Below, one piece after another: positions 12,526-23,855 of a DNA stretch of 64,000 nucleotides. The position numbers and the translations under genes are program-made. How positions within the stretch are numbered: the stretch's first letter is position 1; each line of letters starts with the position of its first letter. Source of the stretch: Batkoa obscura (Eukaryota); assembly GCA_030770535.1 (NCBI GenBank), contig JASVEC010000020.1, positions 310,001-374,000 on the forward strand. The letters are read 5' to 3'. The notes under the pieces were generated by a model. It was not told the origin of the DNA. It worked only from the letters and a program-made list of their open reading frames with translations, and ran no database searches.

Positions 12526-13179
12526 TTTGTTTTATATTTTTTGGGTCAAATCGAATTTGTGCTAATAACTTGTTATTTTGTAATAAATTCATAATAATAT
12601 AGTTGAGTTTATATACAAATTTTAGATAGCTATAATAGAAGCTAAGTTGTATAAGGTGATATACAACTAAGCCCTTGTTTTTTAAAAAGTTCTTTTTAAT
12701 ATTTATAATAAAAAATATTAATATTAGAAATAAAGCTGCACTTATTATTAAATCAATATAAAGTAGGTCTCGAAATCATATTTTTAAATCTTTAAAAAGC
12801 CAAATCATGCTTAAGTGAAAAATTCATAGCTGAAATAAATTTAGCAATTGTCGAAAAGCTAGATTTCTAGTTTTAATATTTTAATTAAAGCTAATGCAAG
12901 CTATTTATGATGCTTAATTAAATAAGCTAAAATTAGAAAAGACTTGAAATATAGAGACATTAGATACATCAAAAGAATGAATCAGAATTGAAGTGTGCCA
13001 GTTTATTAACATAGTAAATATCATTGGAAATCATAAAGTTGATTTAATTTACTCTTATTAATTTTGAATATATAAAAATATACCACCGGCAAAAGCCCAT
13101 GTCTTTATTCAAAACTACACCATAACAACAACTATAAAAAGGGATCTTATGAAAGCAATAAAAATCATCAAAAATAACC

Positions 13180-13641
13180 ATGAAATTTCAAATCCTCATT
13201 CTAATTGCTCTTTTACTCTCTGTCTCTGATGCAGCTTCGCCAGTTGAATATTATGGTGGATACAACCCCTGTAGACCAAAAACTGTTACCTCTACTTCAA
13301 GGGTAACCAAAACATTAACAACCACTATAACCAAAAAACCATCCTATTGCCCTACCCCATGTCGTCCTAAAACGGCTACCTCTACTAAAATAGTTACTTC
13401 TACTGATACTAAAGTAGTTACTATTAAACCTCCTTATTGCTCTAAAACTAGAACTAAAACTACTAAAACTAGTACTGAAACTAGTACTTCTACCAAAACT
13501 TCTACTGGAACTTCTACCGAAACCTCTACTACTGGTACATCAACTGAAACCTCTACTACCGGAACTAGTACCACCACTAAGACTTCTACTACTCCTTATT
13601 ACACTAGTAGAACTAGAACTAGGACTAGAACTTATTATTAA
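13180..13641 (+). CDS. Secreted Thr/Ser-rich mucin-like protein (153 aa), ends TYY
   Basis: Signal peptide, duplicated CRPKTxTST module, TSTETSTTG repeats and an (RT)n tail. Confidence 0.85.
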   Translation: MKFQILILIALLLSVSDAASPVEYYGGYNPCRPKTVTSTSRVTKTLTTTITKKPSYCPTPCRPKTATSTKIVTSTDTKVVTIKPPYCSKTRTKTTKTSTETSTSTKTSTGTSTETSTTGTSTETSTTGTSTTTKTSTTPYYTSRTRTRTRTYY

Positions 13642-13783
13642 AATTATATTTATACTTCTAGAACTTGAATGAATTATTAAACTGTTAACGATTAAGTTTA
13701 ACTATTATTCTCTACTTTACTGTTTTTATTGTTTAGGTTTAAAATTTACTAGTCATTCAAAACTAAAATTATTCATCAAAAAA

Positions 13784-13885
13784 TATGGGGATGTTTTTTG
13801 TCTTCATTACTTTGTCCATTTTTAAGCGCTATTTGAGTGGAAAAATTATTAGCAAAATTTTTAAACGAAAAAATACATTACCATA
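13784..13885 (+). mobile_element. MITE family A copy
   Basis: Consensus match with terminal inverted repeats. Confidence 0.85.
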
Positions 13886-15319
13886 TCTTTATTATAAAAC
13901 TGAAATTAACTTTGATTGAAATCTGTACTGAATATAGAAGTAATTAAATAATAATTATAAACCTTTTAAAAGCCAAAAACATTCTAATAGTTAAGATATG
14001 ATATAAAAGTACTGCAACCGTAAGCCTTCCTTTATATGGTACTCTTAAACTTGGAAGATATCCATTACATCAAAGGTCGTGGTTGCAATGGTATGGTTAG
14101 ATCACAATCAATCCCTCCTTTATTACACTAATCAATACAAATTTCAAGTAAGCGTAACATACATCACTCTTGATCTTTTACCCACAAATAAAGAATTATT
14201 GACATATTTTGATTACAATCGTTGTGCTGCTTTTCTTGAAATTTTAAAATGAATTACATAGATAATACTATCTTTTTGTACTTTATTTACAAGTATTAAG
14301 ACTTATATAACATAAAATGAAAGTATGATATAAAAGACTAGCTTCAAATTCCATCAAGATGATTCAAATGAATTAGAATTTGCTATAGTTACTTTAAAGC
14401 TGTGCATTGAAATCTTAAGTAGGAGGAGCCTTTTTTTCATCTTATAATAGATTCATTTTTGCTTTGCATCAAGTCAAGAGATAATACGTTAATAATGCCT
14501 ATAATATATGGAAGTACTAGTTGGATTGGGAGAGGATGCTGATTGGTATTAGAGATAATTCCCCTTTGATTGAGATATAGGTATCTAATTATGTATGCTA
14601 TGGATTTTTAATATACTTTAAAAATATTATATTTATGAATTAAATAATAAAGTCCAAAAAAAGTCATTAAGATATTTCAATAAGTGAAGTATACATTTCA
14701 CTTTCATACAACTTATGTTCAGTTTCCTACTACTTTACAATAAATAAAAATTAGAAAGAGACTGAACCTTGGATTTAAATTAGCCCAAATTCAATATAAT
14801 AATTCAATTAAATAAACTTGGATAAATGTTTATTTTATTGCACATTAATGTATTTCTTGTTTATTGACTATTATGCTGTTTTGATAAAGTGGCTATTGTC
14901 CATTAGAAGAGTGATACTTGATTTCAACTTAGTTTATATTGAAACGTAACTTATATTATGATCGATTGTTTTATTCTTAATTCACTTTATAATTATAACG
15001 ATTATCGAGCCTCTGTGAATGTTTTTTAAACACTTAATATGACTGGTTATGTTTTTAATCAACTAATAATATTAGTAAAAGAAAATACATAATCTATTGT
15101 AAAGTACTTTGATATAGATTTCCTTCACTTTGAATTTAAAATTCATATATTAAATGATAAAATTATTTTTTACTTTTTAGTGTATATAAGCTTAATGTAG
15201 ATATGATTAAACGCATTACAGAAATGTAAATAGTGTATGAAAGAATTTTTGTTTATTAGTACTAAATTAATGCATTTATATTCTTGATGAAGGAAGGTTA
15301 AGCAGATAAGATGGGATAG

Positions 15320-15467
15320 AATAATCATTTGAACATAATATAATTTGTACTTGGTCTGTTTCACATTAACTACCATATTTATTAGCTAAAATTGAGGAAA
15401 AATATGATGGCCAGTGAGTGTAAAACAGACCAAGTATAAAATTATATTATGTTTGAATGATAATTTT
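15320..15467. repeat. Fold-back element (~60-bp imperfect inverted arms)
   Basis: ATCATTTGAACATAATATAATTTGTACTTGGTCTGTTT pairs with AAACAGACCAAGTATAAAATTATATTATGTTTGAATGAT. Confidence 0.75.
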
Positions 15468-16416
15468 AAGAAATTACAAACAAAATGATTAAATCTATTA
15501 TATTTAAATGATGTATATGATCTAAGTTTAAATTTAAATTCAAATTATACCCACTTTGAATACATTTTCTTCGTAATCAAACTGCTAGCACTCACCTTTT
15601 AATGGAAACATATCGGAAAAAGATTTGAATTATGTAAAAGATGTGAATTTAGGACAACTTTCGTACATGTATTTTTTAAAGTATCACACATCTCTTCCGA
15701 TATGATTTTTTCAAAGTATTTATAATAATGATAAAGACCAAATTGAAAAATATTATCAAAAATTCTAATAAAGTTTTCTAAATTGCTTATCTTTTTTGCT
15801 TTTTATTAGTTAAAAGTAATATTACGGATTTTGATTTATTCTATAAATTCAACTTGTTTTCTGAGAAGAAGTCGCTTCCATTTTTTAATATCATTATATA
15901 CTTAATATTCATTACTATGTTGCCTTATGTTATCTTTGTCATGTAATAAATTCTAAGCATCATTATTACATATTTTAGTAGAAATATATCGGAAAAAGAT
16001 GTAAATGTTGGACAAATATCGAAATAATTATCATAACCAAATATATATAAGATTTAACAAACCAATCCTTTACTTTAAGGTTTGATTAATAGTGTGTCTA
16101 AATTAAATTTTACCTTAACCCAGAATCGAAATCAATACCAAGTTTAGCCTTATTTCAATTAACTTTTAATTGAATATTGATGATTTTTTAAGCAATTTAA
16201 AACAAAATTATAGAATTTATTGCAGCTCAGATTCGCCATAGAAGCAACGTGCATTTTAATGTATATAATAATCTTAATCATTGGCCATCATTTGAAATAA
16301 TTTATAAGACAGGCTAGAATTAAAAGCAAGGCTTAGGAATTGAGGGTCTAAGAGCTATTACACAGTATATAAAGACCTATACTGGAGAATTTAGAGACCA
16401 ACTTTAATTTAAATAA

Positions 16417-17877
16417 ATGGAAAACAAAAATATTGAAAGTGAAGTTGATCCAAACCACTTATTCAAACGTCTAGATAATCTTAATTGGACTAGATGGCAT
16501 ACAAAGTTGACTATTATCCTTGGCGTAGGTTGGGCATTTGATGCTTTTGAGATTACTATTGTATCTTCTATGCTTAATAATCTAAAAGTTTATTTCAATA
16601 TCACTGCACAAGCAGCAGGTGCTATTACTACTGTATGGTTGATGGGTGCTTTAGTTGGTGCTTTAGGTTTTGGTTATTTTGGTGATAGATTTGGTAGAAA
16701 GCTTTCCTTTGTTGTTACTATCTTATTTTATTCTTTAATGACTTGTATTACTGCTGCTTCATTCCATTATCCTTTCTTTTTAGTATTCCGTTTTTTGACT
16801 GCTGTTGGTGTAGGTGCTGAATATACTGCTGTGAACTCTACAATCTCTGAGTTTATCCCATCAAAACATCGTGGTAAAGTGAATACAATTGTAATGAGCT
16901 TTTGGGCTGTAGGTGCTTTATTTGCTAATGCTATTCAATATCCTATATTAACTTATGTTGATAAAGCATATAATTGGAGAATTGGATTTGCTGTTGGTGG
17001 ATCAGCTGCTATTTTTGTTTTAATTGTTAGACATAAACTTCCTGAATCTCCTCGTTGGTTATTAGCTCAATCTCGTTATCAAGAAGCTGAAGAAGTAGTC
17101 ATATTTATTGAAACATCTGCTGGTCAACCTAATAATAAATATGATACTCCACCATGTGAGAATCAGATTGCTTATAAACCACATGAAAAAATGTCTTGGT
17201 TTGCTGTTGTTAAAAGTTTATTTGTCAAATACCCATTCCGTTGTGCATTTGGTATGGTTATGAACTTCTCTCAAGCATTTGCTGATTATGGTGAATCCAA
17301 TCTCATGTCCTTAGGTGTATTTAATGATGCTAATATCAAAGATGGTGATGTTTCATTGACTTACTTATATGGAACTATTTGTTCTATTGCTTCTTATTTA
17401 ATTGCTGCTTATTTGATTGATAAAATTGGTAGAAAATTCCTTTTACCAATTGTTTATACCAATGCTATTATTGCCTCTTTAGTAATTATACCAGCTTATT
17501 ATTCTCCTAATGTCAAAGCTGCTATTCAAGGTGCTCATTGTTATTATATCTTTTCTTACTTTGCTGTTATGGGTACAGTATATCCAGCTATAACAGAAGC
17601 TTTTCCAACTCATCTACGTGCTACTGGTATTGGTGTTTCAGTAGCTGCAGGTCGAGTAATTGCAGCTGTAGCACCTTATATTCTACTTGGTATATATGAT
17701 CCTACTGGGGCCAAGAATGTTGTTGGATCGGCAGTGTGTATTGCTGGTTTTTTAGGTACAGGTTTAATAATGTCTTTATTCTGGTTTAAATTTGGTATTG
17801 ATGGTAAAAACAAGTCACTTGAAGAAATGAATGATGATCAAGATTCTATAGAAAAAAAAGCACCAACTCTTGCTTAA
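16417..17877 (+). CDS. MFS transporter (sugar porter/aromatic-acid-like, NiaP/YceI/SV2-type), copy A
   Basis: Intronless 486 aa. MFS motif A (GDRFGRK, DKIGRK), RFLTAVGVGAEY, PESPRWL and EAFPTHLRATG. Confidence 0.92.
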   Translation: MENKNIESEVDPNHLFKRLDNLNWTRWHTKLTIILGVGWAFDAFEITIVSSMLNNLKVYFNITAQAAGAITTVWLMGALVGALGFGYFGDRFGRKLSFVVTILFYSLMTCITAASFHYPFFLVFRFLTAVGVGAEYTAVNSTISEFIPSKHRGKVNTIVMSFWAVGALFANAIQYPILTYVDKAYNWRIGFAVGGSAAIFVLIVRHKLPESPRWLLAQSRYQEAEEVVIFIETSAGQPNNKYDTPPCENQIAYKPHEKMSWFAVVKSLFVKYPFRCAFGMVMNFSQAFADYGESNLMSLGVFNDANIKDGDVSLTYLYGTICSIASYLIAAYLIDKIGRKFLLPIVYTNAIIASLVIIPAYYSPNVKAAIQGAHCYYIFSYFAVMGTVYPAITEAFPTHLRATGIGVSVAAGRVIAAVAPYILLGIYDPTGAKNVVGSAVCIAGFLGTGLIMSLFWFKFGIDGKNKSLEEMNDDQDSIEKKAPTLA

Positions 17878-17999
17878 TCTTATATACTAACTATTTGATA
17901 ACTTATAGTAAAATTATCAGCTATTTATCAATATGTTATTAATAAAATAATTTAAAAGAAAGTCTGTTTCATTCATTTACTCCATAATTTTAAAATATA

Positions 18000-18528
18000 T
18001 ATGAGGATGTTTTTTTTCATTACTTTTTCCATTTTTTGACTGCTATTTGAATAGAAAGATTGTTATTAAAATTCTTAAACAAAAATACATCTCCATACGG
18101 GAGCGTTTGTTTTGACTTCATTACTTTTTCCGTTTTTTAAGCACTATTTAAGTGGAAAATTTGTTAGTAAAATTGTTAAACATAATACATCCCCATATGG
18201 TATTTAAATTAACAATAAATCTTATATTTCAGAATTTTAAAATTACTCTTAACCATTATGACTATAAACTTAAACATTGATATATTTAAAAAAAAAGTGA
18301 AGGTGTCTTTTGACTTCACTTTTTCATTGAGTGCTGTTTGAGTAGAAATTGTTAGTAAAATCTTTGAACAGAAAATACACCTTCATATAAAAATACTTTA
18401 GTTTCTCGAAAGGTGAGCAAAATATGAGGCTATATTTTTGTGCTTAAGAGTTTTACTAACAAATTTTCCACTCAAATAGTGTTTAAAGGATGGAAAAAGT
18501 GATGAAGCCAAAAAAATGCCTCCCTATA
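18000..18528. mobile_element. Cluster of four MITE A copies (18000-18097 and 18096-18197 tandem; ~18297-18387; 18423-18528 reverse)
   Basis: Consensus matches; the tandem pair shares one TA. Confidence 0.85.
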
Positions 18529-19046
18529 TTGAGATAAAAGATTCATTTGCAATTTGCTTGAATAAGTTTTATCTTTACTATAAAAAACAATGCATATTAA
18601 AATCATATACTAATAGAGAGTGTAATGCCAAAATGAAACAAAAGCTAAATATAATCAACACTTTACATATACAATATAATGCTTTGAAATATTATGTATG
18701 TATAGCTTTAAATCAATTTTTTTGTTCTTATTAATGTTTCATGGTTTGTTATTTTAATAATATAATAAATATTTAAAAACTTTACTCACATTTAAGCGAT
18801 ACATAGCAATACTAGCTTTTTGACCTATCGTACTTTATTATTTATTTTTTATTTCTAATTTGGCCATTGAAGTGCTAACAAATTATGTATTATTTTCTGA
18901 ATCAAGTTCAAATATTTTGTTATTAAAAGGATGGAGTAAACTTTAATAATACACTGTCATTTAAAAGTCATAGGATTTTACTTGAACTAAATTAAATTAA
19001 ATTAAATAAATTAAACTAAATTAAACTAAATTAAACTTTTTAAACA

Positions 19047-19151
19047 CATGGAAATGTATTCTTTTGTTTAAGAATTTTACTAACAATCTTTCCACTCAAA
19101 CAGCGCTTAAAAGATAGAGAAAATAATGAAACCAAAAAAATCATCCTCATA
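19047..19151 (-). mobile_element. MITE family A copy
   Basis: Reverse-orientation consensus match (TTCCACTCAAACAGCGCTTAAAA). Confidence 0.82.
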
Positions 19152-19373
19152 TTTAGATACTAAATCCCAATGATAAAAAAATTTCACATTGTAACTTCTA
19201 ATTAGTATCAATGTCTATTGTGATATAATAAACAAGTAAGAAAAGGTGGCTTAAATCCTTGTTAAATGTAACTGTAGCTAATCATTCTGATTCATATAAA
19301 CAATGGACTATATATTTAGATTATCAGTTATGCCACAATCTTTGAACATAAAAGTTAAACTATTAAAATTATA

Positions 19374-19600
19374 TTATATGGCATTCAAATTATTGTAAGA
19401 ACTGCTTATCATTTCGGTGCATATTTTATCAATTAAATTTGAATTCATCACTTCCGCTTCACCCATCCCTCCTTTGATTTTAGAATAACAAGCACTGACG
19501 AGGCTAAAAATTAAAATACTAAAGCACCTTACCTTGACTTTAGGTATCAGATCCACGTTAGGGGACCAATGTACCAGTTTAATATCTTTATTATTAGGCG
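19374..19600 (-). mobile_element. Possible decayed non-LTR (L1/Tx1-like) retrotransposon fragment
   Basis: ACYSKIKGGMG...N...K resembles the C-x-P-K-x-x-GGLG block downstream of L1-clade RT. No RT core is visible. Confidence 0.3.
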
Positions 19601-20278
19601 TAAATACTAAACGATTCTCTGGGTTTTAGATGATTCCCCTTTTAAAAAGCCATTGCTTAAACCAAAACTATATAGCTGGTTCATCTCAATTGAAAATAAA
19701 TAGTAGTATTTTTTAGGGTTGACTATTGGTTGGTTGGTTTTTTTCACCTGTTAGAAAATCAATAATGTACTAAAGGTCATAGTATTAATCTAAAAGATTA
19801 TTTATAAATGTAACTTGGTATGCTATCTTTTCAATTTTCATATTGCTACTATCTTTTTATCATATTCATGATGTTGAATTATAATCAATTAAAGATTTTT
19901 AAAATAAAAATTATGAACTATAATTTTAAAACAAAAGAAAGCTAAAACATTTGAGAATTTTTGGTTTTATATTTCAAATTTAATAGCATAAAAGCAATTT
20001 ATCAGTAAATTATGATAAACTAATGGGGAAAACCCAGTTTAAGTCACTTTACAAACTATATTATTGTGTAAAAAATTGATAACTAAAAATTTGGGCTTAA
20101 TTTCTATTTAAAATGAGTTCCTATTTTCAATTCGATGAACAACCAGGTTAAGTACATTAAAAAAAAGATGTAATAGATTTGAAACAAGAATACGATTTAA
20201 AAGCTGTAATTAAATATTATTTGAATTTAATAATCAAGTCTCAACAGGTCAGTCATAAATGTTTTTCGGTAATAAATG

Positions 20279-20419
20279 GTTTAATGAGGGGAAGAAGCTG
20301 ATTGACGACTGCTTTGCGGCCAATATGATAATACATACATGATAAAGGTTAAAGTTAAGCCCAGAGCTTCATTTTTAATACGTCAATATGGACTAATCAG
20401 CTTTTGCCCCCATTAAACT
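20279..20419. repeat. ~140-bp element with ~24-bp terminal inverted repeats (candidate MITE family B)
   Basis: GTTTAATGAGGGGAAGAAGCTGATT ... AATCAGCTTTTGCCCCCATTAAAC. Confidence 0.65.
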
Positions 20420-20483
20420 ATTTGGGGTTTTTTCAAATCCAGGTCTTATTTAGAAAAAGATTTCTCTATATTAATCATATATT

Positions 20484-20566
20484 TATTGGGGAATTTATAA
20501 GCATTTTTCCCCTAATAGTGCTTGAGAAATGAAAAAAGTGCCAAAGCCAAAAAAGACATTCCTATA
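20484..20566 (-). mobile_element. Degenerate MITE A copy
   Basis: AATAGTGCTTGAGAAATGAAAAAAGTG...AAAAAAGACATTCCTATA. Confidence 0.55.
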
Positions 20567-20858
20567 TGTATTGTAGAAAGGTTGTCGTATACTGTTTGTT
20601 ATTATTTTGCAGCCCAAATAATACGAACATCTATTTATTGAATAAACCGTTACCAGTTGATCTCAATGTTTAATTGTTACTGATGTACAAAGAAAGATAC
20701 GTTTAGGATTATTGCTTTGTACTAAATTAAAAGAATCCAAAATGAGTGGCTTTATTAGGAGGCTATCCCTTACTATCTATTTTAAAGCTTAAAAATTAAA
20801 CATAAGCCTAAATTAACACATTCAAAGCATACTGTTACACTTTGTTGATAGCACATTT

Positions 20859-22343
20859 TTAGTCAACTTCTTCATTCATTTCTTCGAGTGACTTGTTTTT
20901 ACCATCAATACCAAATTTAAACCAGAATAAAGACATTATTAAACCTGTACCTAAAAAACCAGCAATACACACTGCCGATCCAACAACATTCTTGGCCCCA
21001 GTAGGATCATATATACCAAGTAGAATATAAGGTGCTACAGCTGCAATTACTCGACCTGCAGCTACTGAAACACCAATACCAGTAGCACGTAGATGAGTTG
21101 GAAAAGCTTCTGTTATAGCTGGATATACTGTACCCATAACAGCAAAGTAAGAAAAGATATAATAACAATGAGCACCTTGAATAGCAGCTTTGACATTAGG
21201 AGAATAATAAGCTGGTATAATTACTAAAGAGGCAATAATAGCATTGGTATAAACAATTGGTAGAAGGAATTTTCTACCAATTTTATCAATCAAATAAGCA
21301 GCAATTAAATAAGAAGCAATAGAACAAATAGTTCCATATAAGTAAGTCAATGAAACATCACCATCTTTGATATTAGCATCATTAAATACACCTAAGGACA
21401 TGAGATTGGATTCACCATAATCAGCAAATGCTTGAGAGAAGTTCATAACCATACCAAATGCACAACGGAATGGGTATTTGACAAATAAACTTTTAACAAC
21501 AGCAAACCAAGACATTTTTTCATGTGGTTTATAAGCAATCTGATTCTCACATGGTGGAGTATCATATTTATTATTAGGTTGACCAGCAGATGTTTCAATA
21601 AATATGACTACTTCTTCAGCTTCTTGATAACGAGATTGAGCTAATAACCAACGAGGAGATTCAGGAAGTTTATGTCTAACAATTAAAACAAAAATAGCAG
21701 CTGATCCACCAACAGCAAATCCAATTCTCCAATTATATGCTTTATCAACATAAGTTAATATAGGATATTGAATAGCATTAGCAAATAAAGCACCTACAGC
21801 CCAAAAGCTCATTACAATTGTATTCACTTTACCACGATGTTTTGATGGGATAAACTCAGAGATTGTAGAGTTCACAGCAGTATATTCAGCACCTACACCA
21901 ACAGCAGTCAAAAAACGGAATACTAAAAAGAAAGGATAATGGAATGAAGCAGCAGTAATACAAGTCATTAAAGAATAAAATAAGATAGTAACAACAAAGG
22001 AAAGCTTTCTACCAAATCTATCACCAAAATAACCAAAACCTAAAGCACCAACTAAAGCACCCATCAACCATACAGTAGTAATAGCACCTGCTGCTTGTGC
22101 AGTGATATTGAAATAAACTTTTAGATTATTAAGCATAGAAGATACAATAGTAATCTCAAAAGCATCAAATGCCCAACCTACGCCAAGGATAATAGTCAAC
22201 TTTGTATGCCATCTAGTCCAATTAAGATTATCTAGACGTTTGAATAAGTGGTTTGGGTCGGCAAATTCCTTAATGTGATCATTAGCCTCCTTTTGAAGTA
22301 GACTTGAGCCATCTTTGTTTATTTCCTTTTCTAATTTATTCAT
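20859..22343 (-). CDS. MFS transporter, copy B (inverted near-identical duplicate of copy A)
   Basis: Protein identical to copy A from DPNHLFKR to KSLEEMN; only the termini differ. Confidence 0.92.
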   Translation of the reverse strand: MNKLEKEINKDGSSLLQKEANDHIKEFADPNHLFKRLDNLNWTRWHTKLTIILGVGWAFDAFEITIVSSMLNNLKVYFNITAQAAGAITTVWLMGALVGALGFGYFGDRFGRKLSFVVTILFYSLMTCITAASFHYPFFLVFRFLTAVGVGAEYTAVNSTISEFIPSKHRGKVNTIVMSFWAVGALFANAIQYPILTYVDKAYNWRIGFAVGGSAAIFVLIVRHKLPESPRWLLAQSRYQEAEEVVIFIETSAGQPNNKYDTPPCENQIAYKPHEKMSWFAVVKSLFVKYPFRCAFGMVMNFSQAFADYGESNLMSLGVFNDANIKDGDVSLTYLYGTICSIASYLIAAYLIDKIGRKFLLPIVYTNAIIASLVIIPAYYSPNVKAAIQGAHCYYIFSYFAVMGTVYPAITEAFPTHLRATGIGVSVAAGRVIAAVAPYILLGIYDPTGAKNVVGSAVCIAGFLGTGLIMSLFWFKFGIDGKNKSLEEMNEEVD

Positions 22344-22961
22344 CTTTTTTCCTATTTGTATTAGTTTTTAAATAAAATAAAATGAAATTTATATCTTTGT
22401 TTTATTATTACACTTTTTATATTTAACTATAATTTCTAGTGAGAATGACTTAGATTCCTTCTGATTGGCTATACCCCTCATATATTTTAATTTTCATGTT
22501 TTTTTGGATCAACCAAACATTTAGTTGATTACCAACACACTTTCTAGACACCGAGTTTTATACCTTTAGCTGTCCTTCTATCACCTTGTATTGATTTCAT
22601 CTCAAAAGAAACTAACAGTAAAGAAAGTATATCATTAATAATATTATATTAATTATTTAATCTGCTTTGAGTTGCTATGATACCCATGATTAAATGGTTG
22701 AGATGAAATGTACAAACTATAGAATATATTGTGCTTTAAAAAGCTAATATGTGAGCAATAGATATCTTCTCTTCATAAATAAATGAGTTCAATAAAGCCA
22801 AATATGCTTTTAGAAAATAAAGTATAGCTATTATAATGTTTTAATTAAAATATTACAAAAATTATTTTATCTACTTTTATTCAATTTTAATTTTTTCTTA
22901 ATTTAAATTTACGCATTTTTAGTTGAAATTAAATGTCTCCAAATTTTATTTCTTAATTTCA

Positions 22962-23855
22962 ATGTTTAAAGAACGTTCCTTAAACCGTAGAAGTACTCAG
23001 TTAGCACCAAAAAAGCCATTTTTACCACAAGGGGAGGAAGATGATAATTCATTAAGAAAATTTAACTCGGTTGAAGATCTTAGAAAAAGGGCCCTAAAGG
23101 AAAGTAATTTACAAAATAATAAAGAACAAGAAGTAGAAAAAGATAATGAAAAAGACCATTATTCTCACTATTTTAAAAGATATGAAATTATGATAGAATT
23201 TGCCAATTTACGTAATCATAATCAGTGCCCCAATGGTGTTTATGTAATACCACTACCTGAGAATATAAATATTTGGTATGGTGTATTATTTATCCATAAA
23301 GGCTATTACAAAGGCGCGGTTTTAAAATTTCGTATAGATATACCTATTTCTTACCCAAACAGCTCCCCAAGCGTTACCTTTTTGACTGATGTTTTTCATC
23401 CTTTAGTGGACAAAAACGGCCAGCTTAATCTTGAATTTAAATTTCCATCATGGACTCCTAGATATGATCATATAATTGATATTTTAAAATTTATAAAATC
23501 ATGTTTTAAGGTAGCTGTACTTAATAATATAACCGAAGAGGCAACTTTTAATAAGCAGGCTTATCAACTTTATAACAATGAGCCACATTTATTTGCCCGG
23601 TTATCACAACAATGTACTAGATTATCACAATCTGAACAGGTAGCCTTTGAGAATCCAGAAGAAGATAATCCAATAAATTTCATCCCATTGACCAATAATA
23701 AGTTTGAAGAGTTATATCCGCAATTTTTAGGGCCAACGGGATCCAAAATTATACACGGAACTAGTAATAGTCTGAAGCAAACTTCATCTTTAGACAATGT
23801 CATTAGTAATATTAAAAAATCAGTTTCAACTAATATCAACAAGTTGTTTGATTAG
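22962..23855 (+). CDS. AKTIP/FTS/crossbronx-like inactive ubiquitin-conjugating enzyme variant
   Basis: UBC fold motifs GVYVIP...WYGVLFIHKGYYKGAVLKF...VFHPLVD. The catalytic Cys position has no Cys (GQLNL). First ATG is at 22962. Confidence 0.8.
   Translation: MFKERSLNRRSTQLAPKKPFLPQGEEDDNSLRKFNSVEDLRKRALKESNLQNNKEQEVEKDNEKDHYSHYFKRYEIMIEFANLRNHNQCPNGVYVIPLPENINIWYGVLFIHKGYYKGAVLKFRIDIPISYPNSSPSVTFLTDVFHPLVDKNGQLNLEFKFPSWTPRYDHIIDILKFIKSCFKVAVLNNITEEATFNKQAYQLYNNEPHLFARLSQQCTRLSQSEQVAFENPEEDNPINFIPLTNNKFEELYPQFLGPTGSKIIHGTSNSLKQTSSLDNVISNIKKSVSTNINKLFD

Noticed and set aside
14060..14260. Possible Zn2Cys6 transcription-factor relic on the minus strand (…KIKSD…CNKGGIDCDLTIP)
   Set aside because: Contains stops and an incomplete Cys pattern; too degenerate to support.
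18000..18528. Clustered repeats as a CRISPR-like array
   Set aside because: Units are ~100 bp, diverged, mixed in orientation, have no regular spacers, and there are no cas genes in this eukaryotic context.
18985..19037. AATTA/AACTA microsatellite (also GAATGATTGAT x2.7 at ~11893-11922 and TATAATATAG repeats at ~50066-50110)
   Set aside because: Ordinary simple repeats in AT-rich DNA.
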